A stretch of 64,000 nt of DNA from an uncultured delta proteobacterium (GTDB taxonomy: Bacteria; Desulfobacterota; DSM-4660; Desulfatiglandales; Desulfatiglandaceae), in assembly GCA_963747015.1 (NCBI GenBank), contig CAVVEP010000018.1, positions 506-64,505 of the forward strand, given 5' to 3'. Positions 30,918 through 40,863 of the stretch are shown here, piece after piece. The notes beneath the pieces are model-generated. The model was not told the origin of the DNA, ran no database searches, and saw only the letters and a list, made by a program, of their open reading frames with translations. Within the stretch, counting starts at the first letter, position 1; every line of letters starts with the position of its first letter. A program made the translations under genes and the position numbers.

Positions 30918-31944
30918 TTTAAAAAACGGTTCCATTCCATGGCGAATCGCCATCTTGATTGATAGCACCCTTCAAGGCAGATCAAGCTTGCATACGGATA
31001 ATGCCAAACGATTCAACCATGGCAAGGGATTCGTCATTGGACACCAGTGGACCAATATCGTTTTGCTGATCAACGACATGATCATTCCCCTCACGCCAAT
31101 ACCATTTTATAGCAAACGGTATTGCAAAAAACATGGGCTGACCTACAAAACGGAAAATAGTGCCGTTGTGCAGTACATCCAGGATTTCAAATTGGAACAA
31201 TATGTTGGTCCTCATAATCCCCATGAGGTTCTCGTGCTCGCCGACAGTGGATATGACGATAAAAGAATCGAAAAAGGCATTACCAAAAGGGGTTGGACTT
31301 ACGTCATCGCCCTAAAAAAGAAGCGAAGTGTAAGATCCGAAAAAACACATGAAAAAACACCTTTATCCAAAGGATGGCATCAGGTTGAGCTGTTCTTCAA
31401 AAATCATCGCAGGGTCAAATGGCAAACAGTTCGGGTTTCATCCAGCAATCCGAAGAGAAAGCGAATGGAGTTTCGCATACGACAAATCAATGCCTATCTC
31501 CGTTATGTGGGAAAGGTCCAATTGATTTGCTCCGAATTCAAAAAGAGGCCGAAAGGCCGTAGAAAGTACCTTGCCTGCAATGATTTGAAAGCAAAACCCC
31601 GGCAAATCCTCATTGCGTATCGGCTTCGTTGGAAAATCGAGATTTTCCACAAAGAAGTCAAAATGTTTCTGGGCTTCCAGGAGGTGGCTGCCAAACATTT
31701 CCAATCCGTTATGGCCCATGTTCACTGGGTATATTGCGCGTATATTCTCTTGCACGACCTCTCTCCACCCGGTCACAAAAATATCCACTCTGTTGCGGAG
31801 AAGCAACAATATGTGAAGGCCATCGTCGACGGAAAGGAGAAAGCCCGCATCATCCAGCTGCTAACCCAGTTCAAGGGCGTGGATCGCTATAAGGCAGAGC
31901 TCAGAACGGCTCTGGATGCGCTATCTAACGAATATCGTGCTTGA
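30918..31944 (+). pseudogene. 5'-truncated IS4-family DDE transposase remnant
   Basis: The reading frame is open right from the IS1634 right end (..KNGSIPWRIAILIDSTLQG). It contains DDE residues (LIDST, LADSGY) and a perfect Y-x2-R-x3-E-x6-K signature (YRLRWKIEIFHKEVK). It lacks roughly 100 or more N-terminal residues, and no matching left end is present. Confidence 0.7.
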
Positions 31945-32124
31945 TTTAAAGTGCTTACACGAATGCAGGCCGGTTTCGAGCAACCTTTAAGTATTACACG
32001 AATCCGCGATATGCCCTGTTCGCAAGCGGTGAATGCCATTCATTCACGGGTATTGAGCCTAAAAGGGCCGGTGTTGCCGCGGAAATTAGTTAAGGGAGGC
32101 GGGACCAGAAGAGGAGGAGAGGAT

Positions 32125-32480
32125 ATGGCGGACAGCGTTATGGATACGGCGGGCATCGGTAACACGGCCTATACCCGTCCCTGATCAATGCATCGTTGTC
32201 GACGCGTGCTTCGGCGGACGGCGTATCCCGGATTGATATGGGCGAAAACACCGGAATCGGTGTTCCCACGCATTTGAATTACAAACAGGCCGGATATTAT
32301 AAGGAGGTCCGCCGGGTTGATTCGGAGTCCCGTGTTCCGGTGAAGCTGTTCTGTATCGATGAAGAACGCCGCGACCGAGTTTTCCCGGGCGGTGGGCCAA
32401 TCCATGATGGGGTGTGGTTTTATCACACTTGCCGGGAATCAGGCATCGAACAGACTGAAAGGATAGAATGGAACAAATAA
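32125..32480 (+). CDS. Hypothetical protein (possible frame break near 32165-32185)
   Basis: GAGGAGG RBS before ATG 32125 (MADSVMDTAGIGNTA...). The protein-like ORF 32196-32480 (..VPVKLFCIDEERRDRVFPGGGPIHDGVWFYHTC..) is in a neighbouring frame. No family recognised. Confidence 0.3.
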
Positions 32481-32510
32481 TTGCTTATTTTTCGTGGATG
32501 TGACCGGCCG

Positions 32511-33198
32511 TCAAAAAGGCAGCCCGAGGGCGCCGCAAAGGAACCTGACCAGCGAGGTCCCTTCCCGGCACAGTTCCCCGAATTGTTGCGGAAATTCCGG
32601 TTTCCCCACGGCATCCTGAGTCAGAGAGGCTGTCCCCATGAAATCTTTCCTCCTGAGATCTTCAATGAGGGGATGATCGGGATCCAGCCCTGCGGCGCCC
32701 TGACAAGGGAGACTCCGGTCAAGTAAAATCTGCTCCTGAAAGGTTCCGTCTCGGCGGCCCGTTTCCAGGCGGACGGGTCTTCCACCATGGCGTCGCGGAT
32801 CTTTCCCAGTGCCGCCGAATCTGGGCGCCAGATGCCGGCGCCCGCGAAGACATGATTCGGTTCCAGGTGCAGATAAAATCCGGGAGCGTGAACGTCCTTT
32901 CCCTGTTCGTGGCGGAACTGGATACCCGTGTTGGTTTTGTAAGGCCGCTTGTCCTTTGAAAAGCGAGTGTCCCGGTATATTCGAAAGAGCGAACCGCCCA
33001 CGGGCCGGGGGTCGGCATGGAAATGGGGGCTGATCTCTTTTAGGATCGGCCCAAAGTCGATAATAAAGCGGATGGCGGGCTCCTTGACATGTTCTTCGTA
33101 CCTCTTCTTGTTGTCCTGGAACCATTGCCGGTTGTTATTCTCCGCCAATTTTCGAAGAAACCGAAGGTTTCTTCAGCGAAATATTGACTTTTTGCCAT
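32511..33198 (-). CDS. TIGR02453/DUF2461-family protein. Two frame breaks.
   Basis: MAKSQYFAEETFG | FLRKLAENNNRQWFQDNKKRYEEHV...FRIYRDTRFSKDKRPYKT...GFYLHLEP... | LDPDHPLIEDLRRKDF. These motifs are family-typical. Breaks lie at ~33165 and ~32690. Confidence 0.6.
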
Positions 33199-33216
33199 CG
33201 GGGAGATGCCCTTTTT

Positions 33217-33262
33217 GAATGTAGTCATGAGGTCTTTTTGCTTGCCGCATCTTTGGATACGC
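33217..33262 (+). repeat. Partial copy D (left end only) of the 232-bp repeat family
   Basis: GAATGTAGTCATGAGGTCTTTTTGCTTGCCGCATCTTTGGATA aligns with the first ~45 nt of copies B and C (GAATGGAGTCATGAGGTCTTTTTTGCTGCCACATCTTGGATA). No right arm is present. Confidence 0.6.
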
Positions 33263-33291
33263 TTGCCATGGGACACGCCAACGGATACTTG

Positions 33292-33729
33292 CTAAGGGAG
33301 GCAAATAACGCCTATTTTCTTCATTAATTCCATCAGTCCGGCGAAGCTGTCGGGCTTCGTGATATAGTCGGCCACACCTAATCCCGAACAGTATGTCTTG
33401 TCATGGTCCGAGCCCGACGTGCTCAACACAATGATGGGCAGCTCTTTAAACGCCGGATTCTGCCTGATCTCCCACAGGGCCTCGCGCCCGTCTTTTTTAG
33501 GCATATTAAGGTCCAGCAGGATACACGCGGGCCTCGGCGACGGTTCATTTTCGGCATACTTTTCACGGCGAAACAGATAGTCCAAGAGCTCCTCGCCGTT
33601 TTGAACAAAAATGAGCGTGCCGGAAAGACCGCTTTCCTTGAAAACATGATTGATCACCAGACGGTCATCCGGATCATCTTCCGCAATCAAAATGATGGAG
33701 GAGTCGTTCCGTCGATCAGAATGGTTCAT
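33292..33729 (-). CDS. Single-domain response regulator (CheY-like receiver)
   Basis: ILIAEDDPDD, ILLDLNMPKKDG and LSTSG receiver motifs. 14-nt overlap with the upstream kinase gene. Confidence 0.85.
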   Translation of the reverse strand: MNHSDRRNDSSIILIAEDDPDDRLVINHVFKESGLSGTLIFVQNGEELLDYLFRREKYAENEPSPRPACILLDLNMPKKDGREALWEIRQNPAFKELPIIVLSTSGSDHDKTYCSGLGVADYITKPDSFAGLMELMKKIGVICLP

Positions 33730-35273
33730 CGGTCTGTCTCATCGGGAGTGTTACAATAAAAGTCGCACCTTCTCCGGGCCGACTTTGCGCGGTAATCCCT
33801 CCACCGTGACGCTCGGCTATCTTCCGGCAAATGGCAAGCCCCATGCCCGTACCTTCGTATTCGCTACGTCCGTGAAGCCGTTCAAACGGCAGAAATATCT
33901 TTTCAAGATAGCGCATATCAAAACCGATTCCCTTGTCTTCCACCCGCATTTCAAAGATTGCTTTCTTCCCCCTCTCCCCTGTTCCGACCCTGCGGCCCGA
34001 AATCTTTACCGTCGGAGTCCGGTCTTTTATCGAATAGCGAACCGCGTTGGTTAAGAGATTCTGAAAAAGCTGCGAGATTTGAACAGGATCCGCATCGATT
34101 TCCGGTAAATCCCCGATTTCAACCAAGGCTTGCGCTTCACCCAATGCCGACTCCAGATCCTTGACTACCTTTTCGGCGATCATCTTAAGGTCGATACGTT
34201 CAAAGGGAACGGTCTTTGAAGATACGCGGGAATAGGAGAGCAGGGCACTTACCAATTCCTGCATCCGGTCCGCGGCCCGGGTCATGCGAAGAAGGTAGTC
34301 CCGCCCCGGTTCGGTCAGCGCTCCGGATAGCTCCTGTTGAACAAACTCCCCGAATAATTTAATCTTTCTAAGTGGTTCCTGCAGATCATGAGAAGCTACG
34401 GATGTAAATTCCCGCAATTCCCGATTCCTCCATTCCAATTCGGCGGTCCGTTCCTTGACCCTTCTCTCAAGGTCGTCATGGGCTTTTTGCAGGGCCTCCT
34501 TGGCACGCCGCTTATCAGTGACATCGTGAAACACCAGCACCGCGCCAATCACCTGTCCCGACGCATTCGGGATCGGCGTCGCATTGTCTTCCACGGGCAC
34601 AAGACGGCCGTCCTTCCTCACCAGCGCGGTATGGTTGGGCAGGGCCGCGACCTTGTTGTTCCTCCCGAAGAGCCCGCGCAACGGGTCCCTCCAGGACCTC
34701 GCCCGTCTGCTCGTTGACGATCCGGAATACGCTCTCAATAGCCCGGCCCGACGCCTCACCGGCCTTCCATCCGGTCAGCGATTCGGCCACCGGATTGATA
34801 AAGCTTATCCGGCCTTGGGCATCGGTAGCGATGACCGCATCGCCGATGCTGTTAAGGATAACGCGCAGCCATTCGCGCTGCTCACGGATTTCCCGGTCGG
34901 CCCGGTGCTTGTGCAGGGCCAGTTCGATTTGTGTCGCCACGTCCCGTTCCTCGAAGGGCTTGAGGACATACCCGAAAGGCCCGGTGAGCTTGGCGCGGTC
35001 AAGCGTCGCGGTGTCCGAATGGGCGGTCAGGTAGATTACCGGCAGATCGTACCGGTCTCGGATCAACTCCGCCGCTTCAATACCGTCCATGTATCCATCC
35101 AGACGGATGTCCATCAGTATGAGGTCAGGCCGCAGATCGCCCGCCATTTCCACGGCCTCCTTGCCTCTTGATGCGGTCCCGGCGACGTTGTAGCCCAACT
35201 GCCGCAATTTTATCGACAGATCCGCGGCCACTATGGCTTCGTCTTCAACGATGAGAATACTGCTTTTATTCAT
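33716..35273 (-). CDS. Hybrid REC-PAS-HisKA-HATPase sensor kinase. One frame break at ~34690.
   Basis: The N-terminal receiver (ILIVEDEAIVA...LILMDIRLDG) and PAS domain are in ORF 34515-35273. The PAS end, H-box (ASHDLQEPLRKI) and HATPase_c (GTGMGLAICRKI) are in ORF 33716-34759. Confidence 0.8.
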
Positions 35274-37255
35274 GTGTTTGACCTTCCGAAAATGATTTTG
35301 AATTCGGTGCCCGCACCACCGTTGACTTCCACATCGGCATGGAGCTGTCCAGCAAGCATCTGCACCAGGCGCAGGCCGAGGGATCGGCTTTTTTTCCAGT
35401 CAAAGCCTTCCGGCAGGCCCGCACCGTTGTCACATACGGCCAGGACCACCACGCCCTGCTCGCCGTTGTGAAGGGATACAGCCACTTCCCCCTGTGCATT
35501 GTCCGGAAAGGCATGCTTGAGCGCGTTGCCCACCAGTTCGTTAAGAATCAGTCCACAAGGTACCGCTTCGTTTACGGGGATCGACACCGGTTCCAGGTCC
35601 TGAATCAGCCGGACTCCCGAGGCCTCGCTTCCGTAGGAACGCCAGATATAGTTTAACAGGCTTTGTGTGTATTCCGCAAAGTCAATCCGGGCCAGGTCCC
35701 TGGATTGGTACAGTTTTTCATGGATCATGGCCATGGATCGCACCCGGTGGGTCACGTCCTTGAGGACATTGCGAATGACTGCATCTTTCGATTCGTCGGC
35801 CTGCAGGGCCACGAGGCTCGAAATAACCTGCATGTTGTTCTTGACACGGTGATGGATCTCTTTCAGGAGCACCTCCTTTTCCTCAATGGACGCCTTTAGC
35901 GCCTCCTCGATGAGCTTGATCGAGGTCAGATCGACCGTGGCGGACGCTACTCCAGTGACCACGCCGGCCTCGTCGTGGATCGGCTCCCAGAAGACATCGA
36001 GAAAAACCCTACCGCTCGGCCGGTTAAACCACATCTGCTCTCTGATCTCGACATTTTTTTCCAATACGCGTCGTTTAACGGCCGTGAGATACGCTGCCTC
36101 CTCGGGCGTAAAGATCTCATCGTCGAAGCGACCGATGATCTCCCCGGACCGATCCGTCCGCTGGCTGTATGCCCAGATATACCTAAGATCCCGGTCCTGC
36201 GCCGCTACCGACACAGGCGCGTTGTGCAGTGCCAGCCGAAAGCGCGCTTCGCTCTCCCGTAACGCCTGCTCCGCCGCTTTCCTGGTCTCGATTTGCTCGG
36301 TCAGCCTCTTTGTTTTCCTGTCGACTTCCCTTCTAAGATACCAGAACCCGACAATTCCAATAACACCCAAAAGAGGCAAAAGGATGAAAAGGAGGTATTT
36401 GAACAACATTGCCGGGCTAACCGACGGCTTTGGAAGAATAGGTCCGAACCACTTATCGTAGAGCACATCATATACGCCGTTGCTAATGACGATTGCAAGG
36501 CCTTCGTTCAGACGCGCCAGCAAATCCTTGTTGCCGTCCTTGACGGCTATGCAAAATTTTTGTTCGAATCCGGAAAGTGGTTCGGCGACCGGCTTCAGAT
36601 TCGATTCCCGAATCGAAGGCACACTGGCCACGTTGGAGATATTCAGCATCTTGATAAGCTGAAATCCAACCAGACGCTGAACGAGAACCGCGTCGTGCTT
36701 TCCCGCCGAAAGCTCTTTCATTGCCTGTTCGAAACTGTCGGTCAAGATCAGCTTATCGGTTAATTTTTTTTCGAGGGCGTATTCGTGCGCCGTATCACCT
36801 CGCATCACAAGGACTTCCTTGTTCTTCAGGTCGGCCTCGTTATGGATCGATTTTTCATCTTTACGAACGAAAATCGTCCCATGCATTCTAAGATAGGGCG
36901 CAGTGAAGTCCAACACCTCATCCCGCTCCTTTGAATAAGAAACAAGAGGAAGCACATCGATACGACCATCAATCAATTCGCGCTTTATTTCGTTCCAAGG
37001 TCCGACTTCGAACACAACATCAAAACCCACTGCCCCGGCAACCGCCTTGAGGAGTTCAACCGAAAATCCGTCGGCGGAACCGTCATTTCGAACCTCGGAA
37101 AATGGCGGATAGTCCAATTCGCTCGCTGATAAAAGAACGCGATGGGAAGGATTCAAGGGGCTGCCGCTTTCCGCATTGCCGGGAATAACGGCAGGCATCA
37201 CCACCAGAAAAGCCAACAGAAAGATCAAGGCAGAGGGCAATCCGGTTTTCCGCAT
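35270..37255 (-). CDS. Sensor histidine kinase with a periplasmic solute-binding (SBP_bac_3-like) domain, a TM helix, a PAS domain and a HisKA_2-type kinase core
   Basis: Signal/TM N-terminus. ELDYPPFS...GFSVELLKAV amino-acid-binding-protein-like domain. H-box EIHHRVKNNMQVISSL (HisKA_2). HATPase G-boxes. 4-nt overlap with the downstream gene. Confidence 0.85.
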   Translation of the reverse strand: MRKTGLPSALIFLLAFLVVMPAVIPGNAESGSPLNPSHRVLLSASELDYPPFSEVRNDGSADGFSVELLKAVAGAVGFDVVFEVGPWNEIKRELIDGRIDVLPLVSYSKERDEVLDFTAPYLRMHGTIFVRKDEKSIHNEADLKNKEVLVMRGDTAHEYALEKKLTDKLILTDSFEQAMKELSAGKHDAVLVQRLVGFQLIKMLNISNVASVPSIRESNLKPVAEPLSGFEQKFCIAVKDGNKDLLARLNEGLAIVISNGVYDVLYDKWFGPILPKPSVSPAMLFKYLLFILLPLLGVIGIVGFWYLRREVDRKTKRLTEQIETRKAAEQALRESEARFRLALHNAPVSVAAQDRDLRYIWAYSQRTDRSGEIIGRFDDEIFTPEEAAYLTAVKRRVLEKNVEIREQMWFNRPSGRVFLDVFWEPIHDEAGVVTGVASATVDLTSIKLIEEALKASIEEKEVLLKEIHHRVKNNMQVISSLVALQADESKDAVIRNVLKDVTHRVRSMAMIHEKLYQSRDLARIDFAEYTQSLLNYIWRSYGSEASGVRLIQDLEPVSIPVNEAVPCGLILNELVGNALKHAFPDNAQGEVAVSLHNGEQGVVVLAVCDNGAGLPEGFDWKKSRSLGLRLVQMLAGQLHADVEVNGGAGTEFKIIFGRSNT

Positions 37256-37423
37256 AAAAACGCCTCGAGGTGTTCACGCCCAAAGGTTGAAACAAATCAT
37301 CAATGTTGCATAACAAAACAACCGGCATCCATTGCATTATTCCCGAACGCCGACGACTCTTATGAGCGTATCAGAAAAACGGACTTAACTCCAGCATGTT
37401 GTGGCCTAATCAGCGATTCAGGT

Positions 37424-38137
37424 TCATACTCCCCGCACATCAGGGATCCATGCCATCAGCTCGCTCAGGGCCGTTGAAGAAAGGAGATAGGGTTCTTCCA
37501 TTTCCAGGGCATGGCGCTGGGTCTCTCTCAACAATTTGAAAGGCGGCCAAGACTCCGCTTGCCCTTTGGGGACGGAAGGAAAATCAGACACGTGGCCCCA
37601 CATGTGTTGAAGGGCGTTTCTCAGGCCGCCGGCGGATGGGGGACTTCTCAACAGCTCCGTGAGCATCTTCGCTAATGCCGAAAAGTCGTGATGAGGTTTC
37701 ATTGTGGAAACATCCTTGCCCAATTTTCCGTAAAGATCAGGATCCCGCGCAAGCGTGGAATATTTATGCTGGCTCCACAATTGCTGGGCGTTTTTCGGCA
37801 AGGGTATGCGGCCCGGCTCCTTAGCACGATATTTTTCTTCCAAAATCTGAAACTGCCGGAACGGATCATCGATATAGATTCCCGGCCACGCCTCATTCCC
37901 GTCGCAAATGACAACAGGGGACTTGTCCGTAAAACCCCTTAAAGCCATCTCAGCGGACAAGATCCGGTGACGCTGCCTGAGCGCCCAGCAATGGCCGACC
38001 CAGCGAAGAGTCTCCGGATGTTTGGAATATCCATCTTTCTTGTTCCGAATAATGGAAACAACGGCATGGAGCTCTCGGTGCTCGCCAAGAAGGCTTTGCC
38101 GGTTAAGATATCCCGGATGAATGTCCCATATTCGCAT
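37424..38137 (-). CDS. Pyrimidine-dimer DNA glycosylase (T4 endonuclease V-like) domain protein with a DUF1722-like C-terminal half
   Basis: MRIWDIHPGYLNRQSLLGEHRELH is the characteristic N-terminus of the Pyr_excise family. The C-terminal helical region resembles YbgA/DUF1722. Confidence 0.65.
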   Translation of the reverse strand: MRIWDIHPGYLNRQSLLGEHRELHAVVSIIRNKKDGYSKHPETLRWVGHCWALRQRHRILSAEMALRGFTDKSPVVICDGNEAWPGIYIDDPFRQFQILEEKYRAKEPGRIPLPKNAQQLWSQHKYSTLARDPDLYGKLGKDVSTMKPHHDFSALAKMLTELLRSPPSAGGLRNALQHMWGHVSDFPSVPKGQAESWPPFKLLRETQRHALEMEEPYLLSSTALSELMAWIPDVRGV

Positions 38138-38155
38138 TTCGTCTCCTCAAAAAAA

Positions 38156-39094
38156 TCAGATACCCCTTGACGGAAAAATCGGGGAGTATTTTCTGGCCCT
38201 GAAATTCACAATCACAATTCCGGAAACAATCAGCCCCAGGGCCAGCAGGAGTTCCCAGGTAATGGGCTCGCCAAGGATCAGTCCACCCAACAGCACCCCG
38301 GCAATCGGCATCACAAAGATAAAAGAATGCAGCGCCACCGCTCCGTATTTGAGCAGCAGGGTGTTCCAGGCCACAAATCCGAAGGAGGCGGTTGCAAGAC
38401 TTTGATAAAGCAGAGCGCACAGAACCTTCCCATCCAGGTTCACCACCATTCCGGCATCCCATAAATAGCCGGCAAACAGAAAGAAAGGGATGCAGAAAAG
38501 CATGGGGTAAAACACCAGTTGAAAGGGAGAAAAAAGATGGATGATCCTTTTGGTATAGACCGTATTTGCCGCCCAGAGAAAGGCGTTGGCCAGGACCATG
38601 ACATCACCGATCTGAACGTCGGAAGCAACCCCCTTTTTTCCTGAAAAAACCAGGACCATTCCCGCCATTCCCATGGTCAGGCCCAGGATCTTCTTTTTGG
38701 TTATCCGGTCTCCGGGAATAAACCAGTGGGCCAGAATCAGCAGGAAAAAAGGTTGGAGGTTGATCATGAGCGTTCCCCGTGAAGCGCTTGTCCTCCCGAG
38801 CCCCGAATACAAGAGCCCCAGTTGGAGCGTAAATACAACCGAGATGATAAGGAGTTGAAAGGCCTGTCCCTTTCTGATGGCAAAGGGCCGCCCGGTAAAC
38901 CTGGCCCAGAGGTAAATCGCCGCGGCGGCGATGCTGAAACGGAGCCCCGCCGCGGTAAACGTCCCCATCCCCGAGAGGCTGTATTTGATCGCCACGGCAT
39001 TGGCGCCGAACAACATGCACAAAAAACCCGTAAACAGGGCCGCGGAGAGCGGAATCTCCTGGTTGCTGAGATGTTCTTGATTCACGTTTGGCAA
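38156..39094 (-). CDS. DMT-superfamily (EamA-like) transporter
   Basis: 312 aa, about 10 TM helices, with a duplicated EamA-type architecture. Confidence 0.8.
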   Translation of the reverse strand: MPNVNQEHLSNQEIPLSAALFTGFLCMLFGANAVAIKYSLSGMGTFTAAGLRFSIAAAAIYLWARFTGRPFAIRKGQAFQLLIISVVFTLQLGLLYSGLGRTSASRGTLMINLQPFFLLILAHWFIPGDRITKKKILGLTMGMAGMVLVFSGKKGVASDVQIGDVMVLANAFLWAANTVYTKRIIHLFSPFQLVFYPMLFCIPFFLFAGYLWDAGMVVNLDGKVLCALLYQSLATASFGFVAWNTLLLKYGAVALHSFIFVMPIAGVLLGGLILGEPITWELLLALGLIVSGIVIVNFRARKYSPIFPSRGI

Positions 39095-39579
39095 AAACTT
39101 CCCGATAAAGATTACTTTTCAAGATGGCGCTCTATTACTATTTTGAAAGCACGAACGAAACCCCATCCTTGATGGATGGACCTTAACCTTTAAACGATTC
39201 ATAGCCAGCACGGAGGAGATTTCAAGTTATAGGTTTCAGGCATAGGCGTCAGGATTCTGGATATAAGCGCTTGTTCTTGGAGTAACCTTCGTCTGATTTA
39301 TACGGACGAACCTGATCTACTGATCTGCAGGAGTGCTCCTGCATCCAGAGGAATCACCATCTATTCCTTTTTCCGCGCAAACACTCAAACCGCGGATGTG
39401 AGCCGGCTACGGATAAAAATCGTCAACGACGTCTTGACGCCCAAGCGGCATGCTCACAATAGTTCTCCAGATCCTAAAAACAGTATCATGTTAGAAACCA
39501 AACCTATATCATCGGAACAGCGTGAAGAACGTCTTTTCCAAACCCCACGCGGTCAAACATCGAAATATGCCGTGATTAA

Positions 39580-40643
39580 ATGATGAAGACTTACAAAATT
39601 GCTGTCATTGCCGGAGACGGCATTGGAAAGGAAGTGGTTCCCGAAGGGATACGGGTGCTTGAACAGGCCGGACGGAAATTCGGGATCAGCTACCAATGGA
39701 GAACATTTCCCTGGAGCTGCGAGACCTATGCAGCTACCGGGCGGATGATGCCGGAGGACGGAATGGATCAGCTCAGGGAATGCAATGCCATCTTCCTTGG
39801 CGCGGTCGGGTTTCCCGGCAGTTCCCGATCATATTTCCCTGTGGGGGCTCCTGATCCCCATCCGACGGGAGATGAACCAGTATGTCAATCTGCGTCCGGT
39901 TCGATTGCTGAAGGGGATTACCTCCCCCCTGCGGGATCGCGGACCTCAGGACATCGATTTTGTGGTGGTGCGGGAAAACAACGAGGGCGAGTACTCCCAG
40001 ATCGGGGGACGACTCTATTCGGGCACCGATGCCGAGTTGGTCCTTCAGGAATCGGTATTTACCAGACGGGGCGTAGACAGGATCCTTCGCTATGCCTTTG
40101 AGCTGGCCCGTTCCCGCGAAGCCAAACATGTCACCTCCGCCACCAAGTCCAACGGAATCATCCACACCATGCCTTACTGGGACGAGCGATTCAGAGGCAT
40201 GGCCTCCGAATACCAGGATATCCGGACGGATCAATACCACATCGACATCCTTACGGCCAATTTTGTCCTTCACCCGGACTGGTTCGACGTGGTGGTGGGA
40301 AGCAACCTTTTCGGGGATATCCTGTCCGACCTGGGCCCGGCCATTGCCGGAACCATCGCCATGGCGCCGTCCGCCAATATCGATCCCACCCGTCAGATAT
40401 CCCTCCATGTTTGAACCCGTTCACGGCTCCGCTCCCGACATTGCGGGGAAAGGCATCGCCAACCCCATCGGGCAGATCTGGGCCGGCGCCATGATGCTCA
40501 GCCACCTGAATCATCCGGCGGCGGGCCGAGCCATTGAAGAGGCCATTGAAGAGGTCCTGGAGGACCTTGCCCTTCGAACCCCCGATATGGGGGGAAAAGC
40601 AACGACAAAGGAAATGGGAAAAGCGATCGAGGAGGCCCTCTGA
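39580..40643 (+). CDS. Tartrate dehydrogenase/decarboxylase-like member of the isocitrate/isopropylmalate dehydrogenase family. Two frame breaks.
   Basis: YKIAVIAGDGIGKEVVPEG, LGAVGFPG | VPDHISLWGLLIPIRREMNQYVNLRP, VVRENNEGEYS, NLFGDILSDLG, and | YPSMFEPVHGSAPDIAGKGIANP. Breaks lie at ~39820 and ~40397. The three ORFs are collinear. Confidence 0.85.
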
Positions 40644-40863
40644 CTTGGTCTGGCGGAAATACCGCGCCATCTGGACCGTCATGGCCCTCGGCGGGGTTTC
40701 CTTCTATGAAGAAAAATTCTGATCATGCACGCCCTTCTCCGGTTTTTCCTCTCTCTTGCCACGTGTGGCATCCTCCACACTGGCCGTGGGGGTATTCCGT
40801 GTGTTGCGGTAAAAAGCCCTTTGGTGGAAAAACCGTCAGATGATTGTCAAGTCGAGTCGTTGA

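Noticed and set aside
39326-39345. Palindrome TGCAGGAG-TG-CTCCTGCA and CGTCAA-N7-TTGACG (about 39421-39439) upstream of the dehydrogenase gene
   Set aside because: These are isolated short palindromes with no second copy and no adjacent regulator gene. The evidence is insufficient to call an operator or a terminator.
40394-40405. The 12-mer ATATCCCTCCAT occurs at two independent frame-break sites: here and, on the minus strand, at 23867-23878
   Set aside because: In both genes it encodes (Y/I)-P-S-(M/I) with the same common codons. The other ~25 break sites share no motif, so I treat it as coincidence rather than a programmed or methylation-linked signal. It could be rechecked against raw reads.
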